Assembly (NCBI RefSeq): GCF_006345805.1
Contig: NC_043011.1
Span: 67,034,464 to 67,098,463, forward strand
DNA: 64,000 nt
Origin: Octopus sinensis
Taxonomy: Eukaryota
Reading direction: 5' to 3'
The notes below the pieces were generated by a model that did no database searches, was not told the origin of the DNA, and worked only from the letters and a program-made list of their open reading frames with translations. Below, one piece after another: positions 53,591 to 64,000 of the stretch; position 1 is the stretch's first letter, and the number at the start of each line of letters is the position of its first letter. A program made the position numbers and the translations under genes.

Positions 53591-53749
53591 ACGATGCGCT
53601 TCTTTCAGTTTCCGTCTACCAAATCCACTCACAAGGCTTTGGTCGGCACGAGGCTATAATAGAAGTCGCTTGCCCAAGGTGCTACGTAGTGGGACTGAAC
53701 CCGGAACCATGTGGTTCGTAAGTAAGGTATTTACCACACAACCACACCT
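53591..53749 (-). mobile_element. SINE family A, 5' half
   Basis: Reverse complement of the SINE A head, ending at the internal (TA)n. Confidence 0.85.
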
Positions 53750-53997
53750 ACGCCTATCATTGTCCACATTGCTGTTGTTTCGGCCTGTTCCACTTCTTCC
53801 CAGTTGACACAGTCTTATGTATAATATTCTTTCTTGTTGAGTTCTTCTCTCACAATCGAAATACTTTTACCAAACGACTCACCAAGTCTTCACGAAAGTA
53901 TTTATAACTTTCGCACCGTTAAATAAACTTACAATAAATCAGTACAGCCTATATATATATATATATATAATATATATATATATATTATATATATATA

Positions 53998-54035
<38 letters not shown>

Positions 54036-54036
54036 A

Positions 54037-54067
<31 letters not shown>

Positions 54068-55098
54068 ATATATATATTACATTTGTTCATCATTTTATAC
54101 TGGCTGTTGTAAATTGAAGAAACATTTTCAATTTTTCGAAAAACTCATAGCTAAAAAATGCTAGTGATATTATTACATTCCAATATTTTGTTGCACATTC
54201 GCATACAAATTATTGATTCTGCAATTTTAAATGCCTATTTCTATGCAAGAACATTTTTTCCAAAACCTCGGCAATTTATGAGATGAATTGAATAATTTCA
54301 TTTGTAAGGAGTAAATATAGTAGTATTCAGGCTTTATAAATTAGAAAAAAAATTATAATCAACCCTTTTATTGCAAAGGTTACTTCGAAAGAAATAGAAA
54401 TATTATTTCGCCATTTTTCCCCCTCGGAATAAAATTACATTACCTATCGGTAAATATTCCTATTCAGATCCAAGTTTTCTCATGATAGGTAACTTATATA
54501 CATGACTGCTTGAATCTTTATTCACTCTCGTCAGATTAGATTGAATAAGATTTTCTATAGCATCTTTGACAGTCCAGCTACGTCAAACAAAGCCTAGTTT
54601 ATAACTTTGCGGCGGTTTCTAAGACGTGACAGAAACACATATACTAACCCCTTCTATGTTCTTGGTTATGTTTTCAGCAGCGTTGAAACTGGTAGCAGTT
54701 TCAACGATGCGTCGAACAATGTTCTCTAATCAAAATTCCACTAAAATATTCTATACTAAAAATTCTTAACTGAGAATTGCGTATTTAAGCTGTCTAATAT
54801 AACGACCGGCAAATGGTGGCATTAAGGAATGCTTTGATAACAAATCTGCATACATCAAAGTAATGCAATCCGTATTCTCTTCAGAATATAACAATGTAAT
54901 GATAAAAACATTGTTTTCAAATTACTTCAAAGCTATGCTCACTGGACGGCAGATAGCAAATATTACAATGTTTAAAGACTGTTTATAATCCATTCATTAT
55001 TTCTTTGCGAATAGTTCTCACTAGATTTCCACTGCATTTTACTACGTATAATCTACAGTGATCACAAATATGCTAATTTTTCGATGTTACAAGACAGA

Positions 55099-55154
<56 letters not shown>

Positions 55155-55690
55155 AGATGGCGAGCTGGTAGAATCGTTAGCACACTGAGTAGTATGCAGT
55201 ATTTCGTCCGTCTTTACATTTTGATTTCAAAAATCCTCCGAGGTCTACTTTGTTTTTCGTCCATTCCGGATCGTTAAAATAAGTACCAGTTGAATAGTGG
55301 GGTCCATGAAATCGCTCTCCCCCGAAATTGTATTGTGCCAAAATTTGAAATCGTTGGCGAGATGACAGATTCGTTGACACGCCGAACGAAATGCTTAACG
55401 GTATTTTGCCCGTCGAGCTGGCAGAGGGGTTAGCACGCCGGGCGAAATGCGTAGTCGTATTTCGTCTGCCGTTACGTTCTGAGTTCAAATTCCGCCGAGG
55501 TCGACTTTGCCTTTCATCCTTTCGGGGTCGATTAAATAAGTACCAGTTACGCACTGGTGTCGATATAATCGACTTAATCCGTTTGTCCTCTATGTGTTTA
55601 GCCCCTTATGGGTAGTAAAGAAATAGGTATTTTGCCCGGTGAGGTCAGTTTTGCCTTTCATCCAGTCGGGGTTGATAAATTAAAAACAAG
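55155..55690 (+). mobile_element. Tandem cluster of SINE family B copies following (TAC)n
   Basis: Repeated GGCGAGCTGG/AGCTGGCAGA heads and GGTCGA cores. Confidence 0.85.
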
Positions 55691-55758
55691 TGAAACACAA
55701 AATTTCAGGAATTGTGCCTATAGTAGAATTGTTATTATTATAATTATTATTATTATTA

Positions 55759-55800
<42 letters not shown>

Positions 55801-55801
<1 letters not shown>

Positions 55802-56356
55802 GAGTGAGAGAGCAGTTCATGCCATCAAAGTGACACTGGGGTAAAATATACGAAGCCCAATATACCCATCATGACTACCCGTCTGATAAGAGTACACCAG
55901 GCACATGCATCACAACCATATGTGCGCGACATGGTGATCTCATATCAAGATAAACAGCACATGACCTTGCAGGTGGGGCCCAGTTAGAATTTTCTTCAGG
56001 TTGAGTAGCCCATCCCGCTCAAACGGTCCCTGAATAAGGGTTGTTTAAGTATGTTGAAAAAAACCACCCATGTTTCCAGAGGTGAATTATTCAAACCCCA
56101 AAGAATCCGTCTCAACAGACGGCTATGATGCTTCCCCACTACTTCTGCTCGTGATCAGAGATGCACATATCGTCAGCCACTAAGGGACATGCTCAACTGG
56201 TTATGGTCAAATAACTGACAAGCAAATCTGTGGTATTGAGCAGAATATTTGCTGTAGCCCATCTTTTATACCAAGACAAAACAATGTACATGATAACGCT
56301 TCCAATCATTTAAGATCAGAAGCCATGAGAGACACTGCCAGGTACTGCATCAGGGC

Positions 56357-56360
<4 letters not shown>
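55801..56360 (-). mobile_element. Most complete copy (~560 bp) of the (TAA)n-embedded non-coding element
   Basis: Flanked by ATT repeats on both sides; no ORF; four copies in the window. Orientation inferred. Confidence 0.8.
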
Positions 56361-56419
<59 letters not shown>

Positions 56420-56421
56420 CA

Positions 56422-56453
<32 letters not shown>

Positions 56454-56456
<3 letters not shown>

Positions 56457-59416
56457 TAGTTTTATTTTTATTTTTATAGCGTGCTTTCACTTCACTACCG
56501 AGCGCAGCTCTGTGTGCCTTGGGTATGTGCTGTGATTTGTTGTGATGCTCTGATGGTTATTGTATGGAAAGTGTTCTGCGTAGGATGTGTGCAGTGCCTA
56601 GTAGTGCAATTTTCTGTATGTTATATGTGTTTGTAAGTCCTGGTGTTTTTGTTATGTATTTGTCTGAATATTTTTAATCATGCCTAATGCACCTACTATG
56701 ATAGGAATTGTTTCTGTTTTCAGATTCCACATTCTAGTTACCTCTATTTCCAGGTCTTTGTATTTTGAGAGTTTCTCCATTTCTTTTAGAGACACGTTGT
56801 CATCTGCCGGTACTGATACATCAATTAGAAAGCATTTTTTTCTTCATGGTCTCTGACAACTATATCTGGTCTGTTGGCCTTAATTTCTCTATCTGTGTGT
56901 ATCGGCATATCCCAGAGTATGGTTGCTTTCTCGTTTTCTGTGACATTTTCTGGTGTGTGCCTATACCATCTTTTTTCTGTTGTTATTCCATAATGTTGGC
57001 ATAGCTTCCAATGTATGTAAGTTCCAACTCTGTCATGTTTGTGAATATATTCCTTCTTAGCCAGGTCTGGGCAGCTAGAGATAATATGATTTATTGTTTC
57101 TTGTCCATCTCCACATATTCTGCAGTTACTTGTAATATTTCTTTTCATTACATGTTTTTGGTAATTTCTGGTGGGGAGGCTTTGGTCTTGTGCTGCAATT
57201 AAAAATCCCTCTGTTTCTGCATTGAGTCCTGAGCTTCTCAACCATTGCTGGGATTTTTCTTTGTCTATTTCTTTTGCGTTTAGTTTAGTCCAGTATTTAC
57301 CATGAAGGGGCTTTTCTTGCCATCGTTTTATCATGGTTCGTTGCTGTTCTATTTTTAGTTTGGATTTCATTTTTTTTATAGCTTTTGTTGTTTCTTCATC
57401 TTCTTCTTCTTCTTCTTCACGTTTATTAGGTGGTATGATTTCTTGTTTGTATTTGTCAGCTTCCTTAAATACTGAGAGCAGTTTTTTGTTTTGCTCGTGT
57501 TTTGCCGCTATCTGGATCAGTTTTCCTTCCTTCTGAAGTAGATATTTTTGCAGTCCTATGGTGGTTATTTTATAGTAGTTTTCCAGCTGTATAAGGCCTC
57601 TACTACCTTCTATACGTTGTATATATAGTCTTTCTATGTCAGATTTTGGGTGATGCATCCTAGATCCTGTCATTATTTTTCTTGTTTTCCTGTCTATTTT
57701 GGTCAGTTCATTTCGTGTCCAGTTAAGGATATTGTAGCTGTAACTTATAACTGGGACAGCTTAAGTGTTGATACCTATTATCTTGTTTTTAGCATTGAGC
57801 TCTGTGTTTAGTATTGATCTAACTCGTCTATAATATTCTTTTTTTATTTTCTCTTTCATTTGTGTGTGTTGTGTCTTATCTAGTTCATGGATTCCTAAGT
57901 ATTTGTAAGTTTGGCTTTGGTCTAATTCTTTTATTTCATTTGCTTCATCTAGTGTGATGTTGTTACTCTTAACTAGTTTTCCTCTTTTCATGGTTACTTT
58001 GGCGCATTTTTCTAATCCAAATTCATGGTCTAATTCTTTTATTTCATTTGCTTCATCTAGTGTGATGTTGTTACTCTTAACTAGTTTTCCTCTTTTCATG
58101 GTTACTTTGGCGCATTTTTCTAATCCAAATTTCATATCTATTTCTTTGGTAAATCCATGAACTGTCTTTAATAGTGTTTCCAGCTGTTTGTCATTTGCAG
58201 CGTATAGTTTTAGGTCATCCATATATAAAAGGTGGCTGATCGTTTTGCCGTAACATTTATATCCGCATTCAGTTCTATTTAGCATATCAGATAGAGGTGA
58301 CAGTGCCAAGCAGAAAAGGAGTGGAGAGAGCGTATCTCCCTGGAATATTCCTCTTCTAATGGGGATGACTTTGGTTTTCATAAGTCCCTCTTTTGTTTGG
58401 AGGTGTAGGACTGTTTGCCATTTATTCATAGAGTGCTCTATGAATTTTATGATTGTTGGTGCTACTTTGTTAATGGCTAGTGTTTCGAGGATCCATGTGT
58501 GGGGGATGCTATCAAACGCCTTTTTGTAGTCAATCCAGGCCATACTGAGGCCTTTCTTCTTTCTGTGGCTGTCTTCAGTTATGGCTTTATTAATCATTAG
58601 TTGATCTTTACAGCCATATGAGCCCTTGCGGCATCCTTTCTGCTCTTCTGGGAACAGTTTGTATTCGTCCAGGTGCTTGTTCAGCCTTTGTGATATCACT
58701 GCAGTAAATGCCTTGAACATAGTAGGGAGGCAGGTTATTGGTCTGTAGTTTTCTGGTTTTTCTGTTTCATTTGATTTGGGAATTAAGATGGTTTTCCCCT
58801 TCGTGAGCCATTCAGGCATTGTCTCTGGCTCTGCTAGTACGTTGTTAAAGTTTTCAGCCAGCTTTTTGTGCATTCCTGTTAGATATTTCAACCAGAAGTT
58901 GGGGATCTTGTCATGCCCAGGTGCCTTCCAGTTGCTTAGTCTTTGCAGTGCCTGGGTGACCTCTTCAGTTGTTATGGGGGTCCAAGTTTGTTCAGATGCC
59001 GAGTTTGTTATTTTGATACTCCTTTTTTTTGGTGGTTCGTTCGCCGACCATATTTCTCCCCAGAATTCTTCCAATTCTTCTGCCGTTGGTGCTGCAGTGA
59101 CTTCTATTTTATTTTTGCCCAGTTCTTGGTAGAACTTTTTGGGGTCGGAGTTGAACTTTTTGTTCTGTTCAAAGAAGCGTTGGCGTTTCTCGTACCGGCG
59201 GATCCTTTGAGCTTTAGCAAGGATATCTTGCTTCATCTTTTCTTTTATCTCCGGCAAATCTTTTTCTGTGGTGTTATATTTGCGGAGCATTTTTGTTCTC
59301 TTTTTGTTGCTCAGTAGCGTTGCTTGTTTGCTGATTACTTCTCTTTTTGTTGCTCAGTAGCGTTGCTTGTTTGCTGATTACTCTTTTTGTTGCTCAGTAG
59401 CGTTGCTTGTTTGCTG

Positions 59417-59420
<4 letters not shown>
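56454..59420 (-). mobile_element. R4/Dong-type LINE, ~3-kb copy with RT and RLE domains
   Basis: ORF 57761-59290 has WKAPGHD, NYRPITCLPTMFK, WIDYKKAFDSI, GIFQGDTLSPLLFC and YMDDLKL; ORF 56825-57673 carries the zinc knuckle and RLE. Confidence 0.95.
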
Positions 59421-59472
<52 letters not shown>

Positions 59473-59474
59473 CA

Positions 59475-59542
<68 letters not shown>

Positions 59543-60475
59543 GTCTTTGTACAGCTTCTAACGCTGGAGATGTATAACGGTGTAACCTGTTCACTACCAG
59601 TGAACTAAAAAGGTACCACCCCTTATTCTTCGATCACCACCTGGAGTATTCGAGCAGTTCCAATCAGTGCTGTTTTCTGCAAGTGCTCTAGCCTTATTGT
59701 GGCCCCTATTTGTTCCATGTACTTCTCAAGATTTTTACTCACCCTTCCCAAGGCTTCGACAGATATTGCTATTACTATCGCCTTTTTCATCGACCACAAC
59801 TGCTAAACTTCCCAAGCTAACCTCTTATATCTCTCGACTTTTCTTTCTTCCTTACCGCACACCGCGTTGTCTGCTGGGCATGCTATATCTATGACCCAAC
59901 ATCATTTCCTTTCTTTCTCAACACTATGTCTGGTGTTATATTCTCTATCTCTTGGTCATAATTATTATTATTATTATCATTGCCTTTGCAAGGCTTCTAA
60001 CGCTGGACGTGTACTACTGTGTCAGCTGTTCACTACCAGTGAACTAAGGTAGTTTTATTGAAGCATAGGAATAAAAGGAAGTTTAGTAAACTAACCACAA
60101 CAATTTAGTAAAGGAACCTGAATCATCAGATCTGCGATGAGCTGAGTAAAGGACGCAGCCGGTAAGAAGACAATTTACCTTTTGTATCTCAGGTACGTTG
60201 TAATGATAATGTCCACAAATTTGATTTCACAAACAAATACGATGGTCCGTTAGTGAGTAATATCGGAGAGGTGATCTCAGTTATATCTTACGGCAGAATA
60301 AGCGAGCGAAGATTCGAGAGAAATTGAAGGTTATGGAGAAGCTTTTTATTTGTTGCTATGTTCATCATTTTTGTGATATTTGGAGCGAGATTTACAGGTG
60401 GATGGTTCGCAAAGCTAGTAAAATTCTTGAGAATTGTGTAATAGAGTTGAGTAATAGAATCTGATCACAGTGAGA

Positions 60476-60524
<49 letters not shown>

Positions 60525-60525
<1 letters not shown>

Positions 60526-60850
60526 GGTAAGAATTTGGCGTGGACATGTTTACAAAGTTAGAAAACAACACAGCTCCCATGACTTTCGGAAACATTTTTT
60601 CACGCTAAGAGTTGCTGAAGCATGGAACAAACTGCAGGCATCAGTTGTTAGTTGTCGGAACACTGCATCCTTCAAAACTTCCATGCTTCCTGAGATTCAA
60701 CAACACTACACCTGATTTTCTCCCCTCCATACACACACAAGCATGTTTCTGACTCATACACTGTTCACTTTCCAGACATTTGTACATTACTGCATATGCT
60801 TATACGCACTTTTGACAAGTTGTGGTGCACCTGAGTACTGAATACAATAA
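60525..60850 (+). pseudogene. CR1/L2-like LINE 3' end
   Basis: RGHVYKVRK...FRKHFFTLRVAEAWNKL...VV...ASFK, followed by a 3' UTR and (ATT)n. Confidence 0.7.
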
Positions 60851-60852
60851 TT

Positions 60853-60926
<74 letters not shown>

Positions 60927-60930
60927 GTTA

Positions 60931-60984
<54 letters not shown>

Positions 60985-62507
60985 GCACTGTAGTTCAGCG
61001 TTTGCATGTAATGCACCGTGCACAAACTACAATGGCACTCTTGTTAGTTTGAAGCAACAAACGGGGAATACATAGTTAGCACAGATGTAGCGACCAGTAT
61101 TAGTGAGAGGAGAAGTAGAACATAATTGGAGACAGTTTATCTCGGTTATGCAGGGTGGATTTAGGTACAAGGTGCGCAAGATTATCGCTGTCATTAGTTG
61201 AAAATACGTAAGTGCGTACAGTAAATTTCAGAGTAAATTTTATGTGTTCTATTTGCTATCAGCCTTAGTGTAAAGATATTCCATCAGCGCTACGAGGTCA
61301 AATGGCGATAAAGAAAAATGATAGTTTAATGCTATTAGAGAAAGTTATTAATAATATTGCAGCTACAGAGTAGTGACATAGATCTAGAATCATAAAATCT
61401 TTGATTATGTATGACATTTCTGTTCAAAAACTTTTCAATGTATCCACTGTTTCTCTCTTGAAAAGAAATATGTTGAAGTACGGTGTAGGTGAAGGTCAGA
61501 TATGATATATATGTGTGTGTGTGTGTGTGTGCACGCGCTCGTGTGTGTGTGTGCACGCGCTCGTGTGTGTGTGCACGCGCTCGTGTGTGTGTGTGTGAAC
61601 CAATTGTGGGTTCATAAATATTCCTTCATCACAAATAAATTTACAAGTTGCATTAGTATATCAACGTACTAAGCACGATATAACCACAACTAGTCATACA
61701 TAGTTTTTTTTTATTAGAAATAAGAAACATAGAAGAATATTGAAATGCAGATTACAGCTTTGTTACTTCTTGTGCTGCCACCATAAAATTCCAGGTAAAA
61801 TTTGCAGAAAGTTTGATAACAAATACTTCATATCCAGTCGAATCCCTATTCATAAAACTATGTACAAGTGCGAACAGAAATCCTTCTACTACAACAACAA
61901 TTACTACTAATACTAATATTAATGCTACTACTACTAAAACTGCTACCACCAACTTACTAAGTAATATATGTCGTACATTGGCTTAAGTATATTTTATTTG
62001 GATGATTATTGTCCAAATATATATTTTATGGACACCAATACTTGCATTGTTGATATTTTATAGATTCATAATATGAGTTTGGCGGGACATACACTTGTAT
62101 CATAAAGCGAATAGCTAAATAGCACGAAATACCTCGTTTACTTTGCCAGTTATTCTTTTCAATAGAATGTAAAATAGACGATTCTGCAGTATGAATTCTT
62201 GACATAAAATAAGAAAGGGAAAAATCGTAAAGATTTCAGAATGTTCGTATAAAGCTTCTCTCATTGAGCCTTTGTATTGAGTATATTTTACCGAAAATAT
62301 GATGACGAGTTGGATGCATTCAGTATTCAACACAATGTTTTGACTAATACATTGAGGGAGTTTAGAAAATTCGAGATAATGACTTTAATATAACAGTCAA
62401 GATGAGAAATATGTTCAAAATAGTAGTTGTTATTTACATACAAATAGTTTGTATAAGTGGGTTCCAACGAAATTATGTATATATATATATATATATATAT
62501 AGGCGAA

Positions 62508-62672
62508 GGAGTGGGTGTGTGGTAAGTACCTTGCTTACCAACCACATAGTCCCGGTTTCAGTCCCACTGCGTGGCACCTTGGGCAAGTGTCTTCAACTAT
62601 AGCCTCGGGCCGACCAAAGCCTTGTGATTGGATTGGTAGACGGGAACTGCAAGAAGACCGTCATATATATAT

Positions 62673-62721
<49 letters not shown>

Positions 62722-63523
62722 TATATATATATGAAGGACAACGATCCTGAAACACGTGTCTCTAGATGCAGTTTCGGCAGCCGGGGGTGTTTGTCTCCCC
62801 TTCGTATATGTATATAAGGACACAGGGAAAAATGTGTCAAAGCCATCAGGAGGCGTTCGATACTTCCTAGGGCTATACAGCGGAGGTGTACGCCCCTACT
62901 GTCACGTTCTTGTTAGATTGACAGTATACAACCATTCTATCGCCCCACCACCGTACATGTCTCTACGAGAGATTTAGAAGTTCAATATTTCTTATTTTGA
63001 TAATCAGTGAATAGACTTCACTGAGTATAGATATATTCAATTACGAAGTCGAGACAAATATCACCGGTTGACCGGTGTTTGCTACTCTAGGCCGATGAAG
63101 GACAATGATCCTGAAACACGTTCCCTATATGAAGTTTCGGCAGCCGGGGGTGTTTGTCTCCCCTTCGTATATGTATATAAGGACACAGGGAAAAATGTGT
63201 CAAAGCCATCAGGAGGCGTTCGATGCTTCCTAGGGCTATACAGTGGTGGTGTACCCACTACTGTCACGTTCTTGTTAGATTGACAGTATACAACCATTAT
63301 ATATATTATATATAAGTATAAGTATGTGTGTATATATTTGTGTATCTGTTTGTCTCCCCAGCATCGCTTGTGTTCATGTCCCTGTAACTTAGCGGTTCGG
63401 CAAAGAGAGACCAATGGAATAAGTACTAGGCTTACAAAGAATAAGCTCTGAGGTCGATTTGCTTGACTATAAAGGCGGTGCTCCAGCATGGCTGCAGTCA
63501 AATGACTGAAACAAGTAAAAGAG
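62508..63523 (+). mobile_element. SINE family A split at its internal (TA)n (5' half 62508-62662, 3' half ~63338-63523)
   Basis: Both halves match 41022-41414 and are collinear. Confidence 0.85.
62731..63298 (+). mobile_element. Retrozyme/pLTR-like tandem: 364-bp monomer, ~1.55 copies, hammerhead-like motif at each junction
   Basis: ATGAAGGACAAYGATCCTGAAACACG at 62731 and 63095; ~200 bp downstream shared. Confidence 0.65.
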
Positions 63524-64000
63524 TCTATATAAACGCACGCACGCACACACACACATAGAATGATATTTATATTCATTCGTAATGCGTTCCGTCAGGGTTG
63601 AAAGTAGTTATTCGCTGTTATTTAACCTTCAAAAACCAACGCCTCCATTCGATCAATGTTTAATGCATATTCGATTCATTGACGTGAAGGAATTTGAGAC
63701 AAGTCCTTAAGACACTGGTGTTTCGCCCTTGTTATGTCTCTTCAGTCAGCGCTACAATCGCCGGTTGCTCTCTACGTGTACCAGTATCTCAAATGCTCTC
63801 TACGCTATTGAATTTTATGTGTACAATTCCAAAAAATAACGTTCGACACGAGCGGAACTAACAACGTACCGTGCCACATCAAGAATATTGAAATGCAAAC
63901 TGCAATTTCGTTTCACCTCTGAGTGATAACGCTATCGTAGCGCTATTGTATTTGGCAGACATATTTATATGTAATTGAACTCACGTCCATAAAATAATGT

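Noticed and set aside
59298-59420. CRISPR-like appearance of short direct repeats (also at 19632 and 22048)
   Set aside because: No unique spacers, no cas genes, eukaryotic context.

Overview
AT-rich, microsatellite-saturated animal DNA. The repeat content suggests a cephalopod, probably Octopus (inference). No long host-gene ORF is present and most ORF-track entries are translations of simple repeats. Recognisable content: (i) two tRNA-type SINE families in many copies; (ii) decayed mariner transposons, a MITE and non-autonomous Helitrons; (iii) Penelope-like elements (PLEs), including a young RT+GIY-YIG element arranged as a 1.8-kb inverted pair; (iv) R4/Dong-type RLE LINEs and a non-coding companion element, all sitting in (TAA)n arrays at 45-60 kb; (v) CR1/RTE remnants. 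Two things are not visible in the ORF track. First, at least five unrelated repeat families carry minimal type-I hammerhead-ribozyme folds whose core positions 3 and 8 co-vary (C-G, U-A, G-C); one is a 364-bp retrozyme-like tandem and one a 298-bp fold-back. Second, there is a probable minus-strand tandem family of small, signal-peptide-bearing genes built from short exons and microexons (paralogous 40-nt first exons and 36-nt exons). The gene models are manual, incomplete and need transcript evidence.
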